The notes: a model not told the origin generated them from the letters alone. A stretch of 17,982 bases of DNA from an uncultured Anaerolineaceae bacterium (GCA_964411845.1 CAYPNZ010000007.1:1-17982), one strand, 5' to 3'. Counted from the stretch's first letter, positions 1 through 9,001 are shown. Made by a program: numbers and translations.

Positions 1-1
1 C

Positions 2-1381
2 ATCGCCGACGCGCAAAGCAAGGTGCTCATCACCTGCGACGGCGCATGGCTGCGCGGCAAAACCATCAATTTGAAAGATATTGCCGACGAAGCCATCCGC
101 CGCAGCCCGGTGGTGCAAAATGTTATCGTCTTCAAACGCACCGGGCAAGATGTCCACATGGAAGCCGGACGCGATTTTTGGTGGCACGAGTTGATGAGTT
201 TGCCCGTTGCCAGCACCAAATTCGATACGGTGCAGATGGATGCGGAAGACCCGCTGTTCATTCTGTACACCAGCGGCACCACCGGCAAACCGAAAGGGGT
301 ACTGCACACCTGCGGCGGCTATCAGGTATATATTGCCACCACGCTGAAATACGCCTTCGATGTGAAAGACGAAGACCGCTGGTGGTGCGCCGCCGACCCC
401 GGCTGGATTACCGGACACAGTTATATTGTGTACGCCCCCCTCATTTTGGGGTTGACCAGTTTCATTTATGAAGGCGCACCGAATTACCCGTATCCCGACC
501 GCTGGTGGAAAATGGCGGAAAAATACGGCATTACCATTTTGTACACCGCGCCGACCGCCATCCGCGGGTTGATGCGTTTCGGCGAAGCGTGGGTCAACCG
601 CCACAATTTGGATAGCCTGCGGCTGCTCGGCACGGTGGGTGAACCCATCAACCCCGAAGCATGGCGCTGGTATCATCGTGTCGTGGGCAAAGAGCGATGT
701 CCCATCATTGATACATGGTGGCAAACCGAAACCGGCGGGTTTATGATTACCCCCACCCCCGTTGTTCCGCTGAAACCCGGCAGCGCCACGTTGCCGTTTA
801 CCGGTATCGATGCGGATGTGGTGCGCGAAAACGGCGAATCGTGCGACGCCAACGAAGACGGCTATCTGGTCATCAAAAAACCGTGGCCCGGTATGGCGCG
901 CACCGTTTGGGGCGACCCCGACCGGTATGTTGACCAATATTGGAAAGAATTTGCCGAGCAGGGGTGGTATTTCACCGGCGACAGCGCCCGCCGCGACAAA
1001 GACGGCTATTTCTGGATTATCGGACGGATGGACGATGTCATTAAAGTTAGCGGCTACCGGCTGGGCACGGCGGAAGTGGAAAGCGCGTTGGTCAGCCACC
1101 CCGATGTGGCGGAAGCGGCGTGCATCGGTGTGCCCGATGAACTGAAAGGGAATGTCATTCATGCCTTCTGCATTCTCAATGCCGGTAAAGTGGGCGACGA
1201 TGCGCTGGTAGACGAACTGAAAAAACATGTCCGCACCGAAGTGGGACCCATCGCCGTGCCGGCGGTCATTGAATTTGTGGACAGCCTGCCCAAAACGCGC
1301 AGCGGCAAAATTATGCGCCGCCTGCTGAAAGCCAAAGTTATGGGCAAACCGCTCGGCGATACCAGCACGCTGGCAGATTGA
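2..1381 (+). CDS. acs: Acetyl-CoA synthetase (AMP-forming), C-terminal ~460 aa. The 5' end lies upstream of the window; the frame is open from base 2.
   Basis: Translation shows the AMP-binding signature YTSGTTGKPKG, SGYRLGTAEVESAL, and the C-terminal PKTRSGKIMRR motif carrying the conserved acylatable Lys. Reads ...IADAQSKVLITCDGAW from base 2. High GC3, stop TGA at 1379-1381. Confidence 0.9.
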   Translation: MADAQSKVLITCDGAWLRGKTINLKDIADEAIRRSPVVQNVIVFKRTGQDVHMEAGRDFWWHELMSLPVASTKFDTVQMDAEDPLFILYTSGTTGKPKGVLHTCGGYQVYIATTLKYAFDVKDEDRWWCAADPGWITGHSYIVYAPLILGLTSFIYEGAPNYPYPDRWWKMAEKYGITILYTAPTAIRGLMRFGEAWVNRHNLDSLRLLGTVGEPINPEAWRWYHRVVGKERCPIIDTWWQTETGGFMITPTPVVPLKPGSATLPFTGIDADVVRENGESCDANEDGYLVIKKPWPGMARTVWGDPDRYVDQYWKEFAEQGWYFTGDSARRDKDGYFWIIGRMDDVIKVSGYRLGTAEVESALVSHPDVAEAACIGVPDELKGNVIHAFCILNAGKVGDDALVDELKKHVRTEVGPIAVPAVIEFVDSLPKTRSGKIMRRLLKAKVMGKPLGDTSTLAD

Positions 1382-1432
1382 TGCGTGATTCGTGATTGTT
1401 GTACGGATTACGCCTCACATTTTCACGGATTA

Positions 1433-1462
1433 TTGACCGATGGGGGCAATTTCTGGTAAACT
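1433..1462 (+). promoter_or_regulatory. Candidate sigma70 promoter for the thiolase gene: TTGACC (1433-1438), 17-18 nt spacer, GTAAACT (about 1456-1462).
   Basis: Hexamers read directly from the sequence. The -10 is a weak match (TAAACT, 4/6). The direct repeat ACGGATTA (1403-1410 and 1424-1431) sits just upstream. Confidence 0.3.
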
Positions 1463-1510
1463 GGAACGTGAAAAACATTTCAGCAAAAATCGTGTTTCAA
1501 GGAGGAAACA

Positions 1511-2701
1511 ATGACCAAAGTTTATATCGTTTCAGCGACCCGCACCCCCATCGGACGTTTTGGCGGCGCATTTGCCAACCTTTCCCCCGCCGATTTGGGT
1601 GCGGCAGCCATGAAAGGCGCGCTGGAAAAAGCGGGCATCGGCGGCGATGCGCTCGACCTGATGGTGTTCGGCAATGTGCTGCGCGGCGGACACGGGCAAC
1701 TCATTCCCCGGCAGGCGGGAATGAAAGCGGGCATTCCGCTGGATGTGGACAGCATGGCGGTGGATATGGTTTGCGCGTCGGGAATGGCGGCGGTGTACAA
1801 TGGCGCCAACGCCATCCGCACCGGCGATGCCGAACTGGTGCTGGCGGGCGGCATCGAATCGATGTCGCAGGCGGGGTTTGTGCTGTCATCCGGCGCACGG
1901 TGGGGCTATAAACTCATCCTCAACCGCACCGAACCGGTTTACGATATGCTTCAGGGTGACGGGCTGACCGACCCGACCACCGGCGAAGCGATGGGCAGTC
2001 AAGCCGACCGGCTGGCGGCGGAATACGGCGTCAGCCGCGATGAGGTGGATGCTATTGCCGCCATGTCGCAGCAACGGGCGGAAAAATCTACCGCCGACGG
2101 GTTGTTTGCCGCGGAAATTACCCCCGTCACCGTAAAAACCCGCAAAGGCGAAACCACCGTCACCGCCGACGAAGGCATCCGCCCCGGCACCACCGTTGAA
2201 ACGCTGGCGCGGCTGCGTCCCGCCTTCGGCGCAGATGGCATTTTCACCGCCGGAAATTCAAGCCAAATCAGCGACGGCGCAGCGGCATTGGTACTTGCCG
2301 GCGAAACCGCCGTAAAAAAATACAACCTCACCCCCGTCGCCGAAATTCTGGGCGGCAGTTGGTATGCCGGCGAAACATGGCGTTTCCCCGAAGCGCCCAT
2401 CCCCGCCACCCAAAAATTGCTGGACAAACTCGGCATGACGCTTGCCGATTTTGACTTTTTCGAGACCAACGAAGCCTTCGCGCTGAACAATGTGCTCTAC
2501 CGGCGTCTGCTGGAAATTCCGCACGAGCGCATCAACCCGCTGGGCGGCGCCATCGCCATCGGACACCCCATCGGCGCATCCGGCGCACGAATTTTGGTCA
2601 CCCTGTTGAATGTGCTGGCGCAAAATAACGCCAAACACGGTTTGGCATCCATCTGTCACGGTATGGGCGGCGCGGCGGCAATGGCTGTAAAAATGGTATA
2701 G
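1511..2701 (+). CDS. Acetyl-CoA C-acetyltransferase (thiolase II family), 396 aa.
   Basis: Strong RBS AAGGAGG 6 nt before ATG 1511. Active-site motifs VCASGM (Cys), NEAFA, GHPIGASGARI and a C-terminal CxG (ICHGMGG). Stop TAG at 2699-2701. Confidence 0.9.
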   Translation: MTKVYIVSATRTPIGRFGGAFANLSPADLGAAAMKGALEKAGIGGDALDLMVFGNVLRGGHGQLIPRQAGMKAGIPLDVDSMAVDMVCASGMAAVYNGANAIRTGDAELVLAGGIESMSQAGFVLSSGARWGYKLILNRTEPVYDMLQGDGLTDPTTGEAMGSQADRLAAEYGVSRDEVDAIAAMSQQRAEKSTADGLFAAEITPVTVKTRKGETTVTADEGIRPGTTVETLARLRPAFGADGIFTAGNSSQISDGAAALVLAGETAVKKYNLTPVAEILGGSWYAGETWRFPEAPIPATQKLLDKLGMTLADFDFFETNEAFALNNVLYRRLLEIPHERINPLGGAIAIGHPIGASGARILVTLLNVLAQNNAKHGLASICHGMGGAAAMAVKMV

Positions 2702-2739
2702 TGGTTGTCGGAGATTGGGTATTGAAGCGTGAGTGACAA

Positions 2740-4155
2740 ATGAACAATTCAACCGCCAATCTCCCGTCAACCGAAATCCCCCAAACTGCCGACGTGGTTA
2801 TCTGCGGCGCGGGTATTGCCGGCGTGGCGGCGGCGCATTGGTTGACGGTGACACACGGCATCAAACGGGTACTGCTGGTGGATGACCGCGCCCCGCTGAC
2901 GCTGACCAGCGATAAATCCACCGAAGCCTACCGCAATTGGTGGCTCGACCCCGACGGGGCGATGATGGCGCTGATGAATCGCAGCATTGACCTGCTGGAA
3001 ACCGTCGCCCGCCGCACCGACAACCGCATCCGGCTGAACCGGCGCGGCTATCTGTATGCCACTGCCAACCCCAACCGCGCGACGCAATTTCGGCGGCAAA
3101 TGGCGCAGGCGAAAAAACTCGGCGCGGGTGAAATGCGGTTTCACACCGGCGCACCCGGCAATCCGCCATACCAACCTGCGTCCCGCCACGGGTTTGAGAA
3201 TGCCCCCGACGGCGCAGACCTCATTACCGACGCGGCGCTCATCCGCCGCCATTTTCCCTTCCTTTCCGAAAAAACCGTCGCTGTGCTGCATGCCCGCCGC
3301 TGCGGATGGTTCAGCGGCTATCAGCTGGGGATGACCCTGCTGGAAGAAGCGCGGGCACACGGCGCGGAAGTCATCGCCGGGCGAGTAACCGGGGTTCGGT
3401 TGGAAAAAAACCGTGTGCGCGGGGTGACAATCGCTGCCGCCGGCGGCACAAAAACCGTCGCCACCGAAAATTTTGTCAACGCGGCGGGTCCGTTTTTGAA
3501 AGATGTCGGGCAAATGCTGGGCATTGACCTGCCTGTTTTTTCGGAATTGCATTTGAAAGTTTCCATCAAAGACCGGTTGGGCATTATTCCCCGCGATGCG
3601 CCGCTGACCATTTGGACGGACTCGCAGCGGCTGCCGTGGTCGGCGGAAGAGCACGAATTTTTGGCGGCAGATGCGGCATCGCGCTGGCTGCTGGCTGAAT
3701 TTCCCGGCACGCTGCACTTTCGCCCGGAAGGGGAGGGCGACAGCCCGGTGGTGCTGATGCTCTTTCCGTATCACACCGAACCGGTGGCGGAGGTTTTCCC
3801 GCTGCCCGCCGACCCCGATTACCCCGAAGTGGTGCTGCGCGGTATGGTGACGATGGTACCGGCAATGGCGGCATATTTGCAGCGTATGCCGCAGCCGTAT
3901 GTGGATGGCGGCTATTACACCAAAACGAAAGAAAACCGTCCGCTGGTGGGTGCGCTGCCGGTGGACGGCGCATTTGTCATCGGCGCGCTGTCCGGGTTCG
4001 GGTTGATGGCATCGCTGGCGGCGGGCGAATTACTGGCGGCGAGTGTCACCGGTTCGACATTGCCGCCATACGCGGCGGCTTTCGCCCCGAATCGGTATGA
4101 TGACCCCGATTATCGGCGATTTTTACAATCACTTTCCGATGAAAATCAGTTATAG
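2740..4155 (+). CDS. FAD-dependent oxidoreductase (DAO/glycine-oxidase-like superfamily), 471 aa.
   Basis: N-terminal Rossmann dinucleotide-binding motif VVICGAGIAGVAAAHWL. First in-frame ATG after TGA at 2734. Only 38 nt from the thiolase stop, so probably co-transcribed. Confidence 0.75.
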   Translation: MNNSTANLPSTEIPQTADVVICGAGIAGVAAAHWLTVTHGIKRVLLVDDRAPLTLTSDKSTEAYRNWWLDPDGAMMALMNRSIDLLETVARRTDNRIRLNRRGYLYATANPNRATQFRRQMAQAKKLGAGEMRFHTGAPGNPPYQPASRHGFENAPDGADLITDAALIRRHFPFLSEKTVAVLHARRCGWFSGYQLGMTLLEEARAHGAEVIAGRVTGVRLEKNRVRGVTIAAAGGTKTVATENFVNAAGPFLKDVGQMLGIDLPVFSELHLKVSIKDRLGIIPRDAPLTIWTDSQRLPWSAEEHEFLAADAASRWLLAEFPGTLHFRPEGEGDSPVVLMLFPYHTEPVAEVFPLPADPDYPEVVLRGMVTMVPAMAAYLQRMPQPYVDGGYYTKTKENRPLVGALPVDGAFVIGALSGFGLMASLAAGELLAASVTGSTLPPYAAAFAPNRYDDPDYRRFLQSLSDENQL

Positions 4156-4175
4156 CCATAAATCTTTACAAATTA

Positions 4176-4208
4176 TTTACTGAAAAATTAAATAAACTTT
4201 GTTACAAT
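4176..4208 (+). promoter_or_regulatory. Candidate promoter for the SQR-like gene with an extended -10: TGtTACAAT (4200-4208). Weak -35-like TGAAAA at 4181-4186.
   Basis: The 4156-4254 intergenic region is AT-rich. TGnTACAAT matches the extended -10 pattern. The same TGnTACAAT occurs at the apgM internal promoter (minus strand 9029-9037). Confidence 0.35.
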
Positions 4209-4254
4209 CTACATTAGTCTTGTTGTGTTACCGTGCAGATATGGAGGAAATTTT

Positions 4255-5694
4255 ATGGCAAAAATAGCAATCATCGGTGCCGGGTTTGCGGGGCATACTG
4301 CTGCGCTCTATCTCGGTGACAAACTTGGGGCTGACCACGAAATAACGGTCATCAACCGCTCATCCAGATTTGGATATGTGCCAAGTTGGGTGTGGGTGGC
4401 GGTCGGGCATATGGACCCGGAAAAAACGATGTTCGAACTTGAACCGGTGTATGAAAAGTTCGGCATAAAATTGGTGGTCGGCAGTGCGGAAGAAGTCCAC
4501 CCCGACCCGGAAGATCAATATGTTATGGTAACACCGCGCGACGGCAATGAACCCGTGCGGGTGGATTACGATTATCTCATCATCGCCACCGGCGCACGGC
4601 TGAACTTTGCCGGCACACCCGGTTTGGGACCCGAAACGGGAAACACATGGTCAATTTGCACCCGCGCCCATGCAGTACAAACCAGCCATCGGTATTTGGA
4701 ACTGGTTGACCGGATGAAGGCGGGCGAAAAACAGAAAATTGTGGTGGGTACGGGGCATCCCGGCGCAACTTGTCAGGGTGCGGCGTTTGAATATGTCAGC
4801 AATATCCACAAAGATTTGGTGCAAAAGGGCATTCGAGACCGGGCGGAAATTATCTACCTTTCCAACGAGCCGCAACCCGGCGATTTCGGTGTGCGCGGCG
4901 TGCAGGTTTTCCGCGGCGGAAAAGTGTTCACTTCTGCGCAGTTCATCGGCGGTATTTTCAAAGAATTTGGCATTATTGACCAAACCGGGCGCGGCGTGAA
5001 AGAGGTTCAGCCGGGGAAAATTTTCTGGGAAGACCTGAATGGCGTCGAAGGGGAAACCGAATTTGATTTTGCCATGCTGGTTCCCCAATTTTTGGGGACA
5101 AAATTCAAATATATCGGCAAAAACGGCGAAGACGTTTCCGAAAAATTGATGAACGCCGGGGGGTTTGTGCTGGTAGATGCCATCTACGGGTTGGAATATG
5201 AAATTTTGGAACAAACGCCCGAAGCGTGGCCCTCGGTGTATCAAAACCGGTACTATCGCAACATTTTTGCGGCGGGCATTGCCTTTGCACCGCCGGGACC
5301 CATTTCCCGCCCGCATATCACCCCGACCGGCTTTAAAATTTCGCCGGCGCCGCCGCGCACCGGTATGATTTCCGGCGTGACGGGGCGCGTGGTTGCGCTC
5401 AATGTGGCGGATTTGGTCATTCGCGGGCGAATGACCCACCACGAGCGGATGACCGAAATGGTTGCCGCGTGTATCGCCTCGATGGGTGATTCGTTGTGGG
5501 ATGGTTCGGCGGCTACCATTGTGATGTACCCCGTTGTGCCGGATATGCGTCGCTACCCCAACGAAGGCGGTCGCGATATGATAACCACCCATATGGAAAT
5601 GGGCTTGTCCGGCGCGTGGATGAAACGAATGCTGCACACCACTTTCATCCACAAATTGCGGGGGCGTATCGGCTGGCAATTTATTCCCGAATAA
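4255..5694 (+). CDS. Sulfide:quinone oxidoreductase-like FAD/NAD(P)-binding flavoprotein (SQR/FCSD/NDH-2 superfamily), 479 aa from the RBS-supported start.
   Basis: RBS GGAGG 4245-4249, ATG 4255. The ORF-track start at 4225 has no RBS. N-terminal IAIIGAGFAGHTAAL Rossmann motif, YDYLIIATG, and Cys motifs SICT and GATCQGAAFEY matching the SQR Cys-x-Gly redox motif. EDLNG and TGxxxTGM blocks resemble Aquifex-type SQR as I recall it. Confidence 0.8.
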   Translation: MAKIAIIGAGFAGHTAALYLGDKLGADHEITVINRSSRFGYVPSWVWVAVGHMDPEKTMFELEPVYEKFGIKLVVGSAEEVHPDPEDQYVMVTPRDGNEPVRVDYDYLIIATGARLNFAGTPGLGPETGNTWSICTRAHAVQTSHRYLELVDRMKAGEKQKIVVGTGHPGATCQGAAFEYVSNIHKDLVQKGIRDRAEIIYLSNEPQPGDFGVRGVQVFRGGKVFTSAQFIGGIFKEFGIIDQTGRGVKEVQPGKIFWEDLNGVEGETEFDFAMLVPQFLGTKFKYIGKNGEDVSEKLMNAGGFVLVDAIYGLEYEILEQTPEAWPSVYQNRYYRNIFAAGIAFAPPGPISRPHITPTGFKISPAPPRTGMISGVTGRVVALNVADLVIRGRMTHHERMTEMVAACIASMGDSLWDGSAATIVMYPVVPDMRRYPNEGGRDMITTHMEMGLSGAWMKRMLHTTFIHKLRGRIGWQFIPE

Positions 5695-5728
5695 TTGAGC
5701 AACGGCAAATTAACGAAAGGAGATACCC

Positions 5729-5860
5729 ATGGCGGAAGAGGTTTACACCATTACCGATAAAGACCGGAAACGGATGAACAATAAATTGTACCAACTGTGG
5801 CGATTCATTATTTTGAATTTGCGCATTTTGCGCGCTGTTGACCACAGCAAACGCGCATAA
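5729..5860 (+). CDS. Unannotated small ORF, 43 aa: MAEEVYTITDKDRKRMNNKLYQLWRFIILNLRILRAVDHSKRA. Basic/amphipathic, with a possible membrane-associating helix.
   Basis: Not in the ORF track because it is under 60 aa. Near-consensus RBS AAAGGAG (5716-5722) sits 6 nt before ATG 5729-5731. It lies 34 nt after the SQR-like stop and immediately before the intrinsic terminator at 5878-5905. Stop TAA at 5858-5860. Confidence 0.4.
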   Translation: MAEEVYTITDKDRKRMNNKLYQLWRFIILNLRILRAVDHSKRA

Positions 5861-5877
5861 CCTGCAAAAATGAAGAG

Positions 5878-5905
5878 ACCCGCGCAAAAGCGGGTTTTCT
5901 TTTTT
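5878..5905 (+). terminator. Rho-independent terminator ending the SQR-like/sORF unit.
   Basis: Stem ACCCGC(5878-5883) / GCGGGT(5890-5895) with a 6-nt loop, followed by TTTTCTTTTTTG. Confidence 0.75.
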
Positions 5906-5932
5906 GTCAAATTAGAACATATGTGTTACCAT
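5904..5932 (+). promoter_or_regulatory. Candidate promoter for the small hypothetical gene: TTGTCA (5904-5909), 17 nt spacer, TACCAT (5927-5932).
   Basis: Hexamers and spacing read from the sequence. The -10 match is weak. Confidence 0.3.
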
Positions 5933-5969
5933 ATTTGAACCAATGACTTTTGGATATGAGGTTGTTCCG

Positions 5970-6233
5970 ATGGCAAAAACACTCCCCGCCGGTTCGATGT
6001 TTCTTGACCGGCGCGATTTAATGCACGCGATGATGGCGCTATATGTCAGCCAAGTGCGTGCCGACAACCATATGCGCGATGAACCGTTTACTGCGGGTTA
6101 CCGCGAAGGGTACGCCGATGCCCTGTTGGCAATTGCGGCGGCGGTGGGGGTGGTAGAAGAATTTGCCGATGCGACTGCCACCGCCACAAAAATAGCCGAG
6201 CGTCGGCGGCGGGTAGTGTCGCCGGCACGGTAA
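5970..6233 (+). CDS. Hypothetical protein, 88 aa from ATG 5970 (MAKTLPAG...). A longer 96-aa form would start at ATG 5943.
   Basis: GAGG (5958-5961) lies 8 nt before ATG 5970, whereas ATG 5943 has no SD. GC3 is high across the ORF. No recognisable domain. Stop TAA at 6231-6233. Confidence 0.5.
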   Translation: MAKTLPAGSMFLDRRDLMHAMMALYVSQVRADNHMRDEPFTAGYREGYADALLAIAAAVGVVEEFADATATATKIAERRRRVVSPAR

Positions 6234-6235
6234 GG

Positions 6236-7627
6236 TTATTTTTCCAATGAAATCGGTGTCTCCACCGGCGGTGTGCCGCCACCCGCGGAGATGATTTTCG
6301 TTCCGTCCGATGCCGCCATTTTTTCCAGCATCTCCAACCGCTCGCGGCTGAAAACATCATCCGTTTTCAGTTGCCCGGTGGCTTGAATCAGTTTGGTTGC
6401 CAGCGCCACATCATTGGTATCAACCGTCTCTTTCCCCGCTGTGATTATCTGCAAAACACTATGGATGAGCGTTTGTCGAGCGGCATTTCGTTCTTCTTCA
6501 AACCTGTGCATGGTTGCGACATCGGCGCGGAGGCGGCGAGATTTGGCAACTTCATCCATAACCGCTTTTGGCAGTTTGATGGCGCGGATATCCACCCCGA
6601 TAATTTCCACACCCATATTTGCGGCAAATTTATTGGCTTCGGAAACAGCGGTTTCCTCAATTTCTCTGATAGTCCGGCTGTTTGCCGAACCATCATTTTC
6701 AAATAGATCGTCCAATGTCCGTGCCATAATCTGGTCGCGCACTATGTTGAGCGGTGTGCCGCGGCAAAAGCCGTGCCAGCCGCCGGCGGTGCCGCCGAAA
6801 GCGGCTTTACGCAGGATTTCTTCCGTGACGGGGTACAAATCCATATTATCAGTAATGCGGTTCCCGCCGGGCGTTTTGTCGGCGGGAAGAATTTGGTAGA
6901 TGACCGCCGCCTCCACTTTCACGGTAATTTTATCGGCGGTAACGGCTTCGATGGTTTCCAGATGGAATTGTTTGCGCAGGTCAATCACTTCCCGGATGAC
7001 TTCAAATCTTTTGGTGAGCACCACCCCCGCCCCGGCAATGCGGCTGATAGCGCCGCCGCGTTCAAAAACCACCGCATTCCCCGGCTGAATAACCACTTTC
7101 CCCGGTCCGCCGAGTTTTTTCAATACGCCTTTCTTTCTGGTAACCGATATTTTGCCGTCGGCAACCACAATCCAATCGTATTGCGTGTTTAACATGAGGG
7201 AAAGGATGGATTTAAAAGCGTGCCAATCGGTCAACCCTTCGGCATCTTTTAATGCCAAAACATATACCCCGCTGAGGTACACGGTCAGTAAAAATAACAA
7301 AATGGTGACCACTGCCGATATGCCGGCACCCACCAGCAGCGACCACGCTTGGATTATCAACCGGTCAACAAAAGCGGTGCTTTGATTGGTGGTGGTTAAT
7401 TGGGCGAGTTCGTAACGGACAATTCCCCATGCCAGCGCGATGAAAATTCCCAAAAAAATCATGCGCGCTTTTCCGGTGGCGTCATTTTCTTTTTCCAGCA
7501 TACGGAGCAGTACGCCCAATAGCAGTAGTGCCGCACCAATTTCCGGCATTGCGGGATATGGCAAAAAGATGACGATGATGCCAATCAAAAAACAAAAATC
7601 GGAAAACCGCTTGAGCATTGTGAGCAT
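6236..7627 (-). CDS. SPFH/band-7 domain membrane protein (flotillin/YqiK/HflK-like), 463 aa.
   Basis: N-terminal ~150 aa holds 3-4 hydrophobic helices. An SPFH-like core follows (GPGKVVIQPGNAVVFERGG...KITVKVEAAVIYQI), then a charged alpha-helical C-terminal region. RBS GGGGAG 6 nt before ATG (complement of 7625-7627). Confidence 0.8.
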   Translation of the reverse strand: MLTMLKRFSDFCFLIGIIVIFLPYPAMPEIGAALLLLGVLLRMLEKENDATGKARMIFLGIFIALAWGIVRYELAQLTTTNQSTAFVDRLIIQAWSLLVGAGISAVVTILLFLLTVYLSGVYVLALKDAEGLTDWHAFKSILSLMLNTQYDWIVVADGKISVTRKKGVLKKLGGPGKVVIQPGNAVVFERGGAISRIAGAGVVLTKRFEVIREVIDLRKQFHLETIEAVTADKITVKVEAAVIYQILPADKTPGGNRITDNMDLYPVTEEILRKAAFGGTAGGWHGFCRGTPLNIVRDQIMARTLDDLFENDGSANSRTIREIEETAVSEANKFAANMGVEIIGVDIRAIKLPKAVMDEVAKSRRLRADVATMHRFEEERNAARQTLIHSVLQIITAGKETVDTNDVALATKLIQATGQLKTDDVFSRERLEMLEKMAASDGTKIISAGGGTPPVETPISLEK

Positions 7628-7665
7628 ATCAAACTCCCCGTGACATAAGGTTGCACGCTATAAAC

Positions 7666-7695
7666 ATTATACAGGATAATACCCATAAATGACAA
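7666..7695 (-). promoter_or_regulatory. Near-consensus sigma70 promoter for the SPFH gene (minus strand): -35 TTGTCA (complement of 7690-7695), 18 nt spacer, -10 TATAAT (complement of 7666-7671).
   Basis: The reverse complement of 7660-7700 reads TTGTCAtttatgggtattatcctgTATAAT. The transcription start would fall near 7659, about 30 nt upstream of the ATG. Confidence 0.6.
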
Positions 7696-7714
7696 GCCCC
7701 AATCGTGAATTTTA

Positions 7715-7750
7715 CATAAAAAAATCCGCGAGAGAAACGCTCTCGCGGAT
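7715..7750 (-). terminator. Rho-independent terminator for apgM (minus strand). An 11-bp perfect stem is preceded on the + strand by an A-run, which becomes a U-run on the minus transcript.
   Basis: Stem ATCCGCGAGAG (7724-7734) / CTCTCGCGGAT (7740-7750), loop AAACG, plus-strand A7 run at 7715-7723. It sits 20 nt after the apgM stop. Confidence 0.8.
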
Positions 7751-7770
7751 TGAATGTTGGCGGGGCAAGT

Positions 7771-8979
7771 TTATGCGCCGTATTTTCCCAGCCGCAGGGC
7801 ATGTGCCAGCGCCAGCGGCATAATGTCGGTGTGATGGATGTATCCCAAACTACCGTGCAGACACGCTGTTTCGCCAAATTCGGTGGCGGTTTCGCGGCGG
7901 ACAGTGTTTGCTGCCAGCAACACGGGCACGGGATGCCAACTGTGCCGTTTGACTGCCGCCGGGGTGGAATGGTCGCCGGTGATGACCAGCACATCGGGGT
8001 TTAATGCCAACAGGTCGGGCAGGGCGGCATCTACCGCTTCGATGACCCCTTTGCGGGCATCGAAATTGCCGTCTTCACCATAACTGTCCGTTTTTTTGAT
8101 GTGGACGAAAAAGAAGTCGTATTCGTCCCAATGTTTTTTCACCACGGCGAATTCTTCTGCGGGCGATTCGGCATCGTGTTCGATGACATCCATCCCCACC
8201 AGCCGCGATACGCCTTTGTACATGGGGTAAACCGCCACCGCCGCCGATTTGATTTTGTATACTTCGGGGAATTTCGGCAAGCCGGGGTCCATTGCCACGC
8301 CGCGCAGGGTAAAAGCGTTGGCGGGCGGATGGTCGGCGAGGATTTTTTCGCCCTGTGCCACAAATTCACGCAGAATGGCGGCGGTTTTTTCGGCGGCGGG
8401 GGTGCGCGGGGTGACGGGCAGGATGGGCACGCCGGTCAGTTGGGGGTCGGTGTCTTCAATATCGCCGCTCAAGCCTTCGCCGCGCAAAACCACGGCAAAA
8501 CGATATTCTTTCACCGGTTCGACAAAAATTTCCACGCCGGGGATTTTTATTTGCCGCAGCAATGCCACCCGTTTGGCGGCTTCGTCGGTGGGGATGCGCC
8601 CCGCGCGGCGGTCGGTGATGTTGCCGGTTTCATCCACCGTGCAGAAGTTGCAGCGGATGGCAACATCGGTTGGTTGCAGGTGGAAGCCGATACCCAACGC
8701 TTCCAGCACGCCCCGCCCGATGAGATTTTCCAGCGGGTCGTACCCGAACAACGCCAAGTGTCCGGGTCCGCTGCCGGGGCTGAAGCCTTGTGCCACCACG
8801 GTACTCAACCCCAGCGAGGCGCGGGCAGTCAGTGCATCCATATTGGGGGTGTGCGCCGCTTCCAGTGCGGTTTTGCCGCCGGGGGTCATCGGCAAGCCGC
8901 CCAGCCCGTCCATTACCAGCAGCACAATTTTGCTGCCGTTGTCAACTGCCATATCGTGAATCAGTTTTAATTTATCCAT
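7771..8979 (-). CDS. apgM: 2,3-bisphosphoglycerate-independent phosphoglycerate mutase, archaeal type (ApgM; alkaline-phosphatase superfamily), 402 aa.
   Basis: N-terminus reads MDKLKLIHDMAVDNGSKIVLLVMDGLGGLP, and the C-terminal block ITGDHSTP with overall layout is typical of ApgM/iPGM-A. RBS AGAGGTGA before ATG (complement of 8977-8979). Confidence 0.8.
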   Translation of the reverse strand: MDKLKLIHDMAVDNGSKIVLLVMDGLGGLPMTPGGKTALEAAHTPNMDALTARASLGLSTVVAQGFSPGSGPGHLALFGYDPLENLIGRGVLEALGIGFHLQPTDVAIRCNFCTVDETGNITDRRAGRIPTDEAAKRVALLRQIKIPGVEIFVEPVKEYRFAVVLRGEGLSGDIEDTDPQLTGVPILPVTPRTPAAEKTAAILREFVAQGEKILADHPPANAFTLRGVAMDPGLPKFPEVYKIKSAAVAVYPMYKGVSRLVGMDVIEHDAESPAEEFAVVKKHWDEYDFFFVHIKKTDSYGEDGNFDARKGVIEAVDAALPDLLALNPDVLVITGDHSTPAAVKRHSWHPVPVLLAANTVRRETATEFGETACLHGSLGYIHHTDIMPLALAHALRLGKYGA

Positions 8980-9001
8980 TGTTCACCTCTGTGATAAAAA
9001 T

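Noticed and set aside
2767-3774. 335-aa minus-strand ORF inside the FAD-oxidoreductase gene. The same applies to 4651-5679(-), 8101-8970(+), 9098-9805(+), 10234-10809(+), 16474-17421(+), 6393-6899(+) and 1999-2490(-).
   Set aside because: All lie antisense to genes with clear motifs, lack SD sequences and have biased R/G/A/P composition. They are shadow ORFs.
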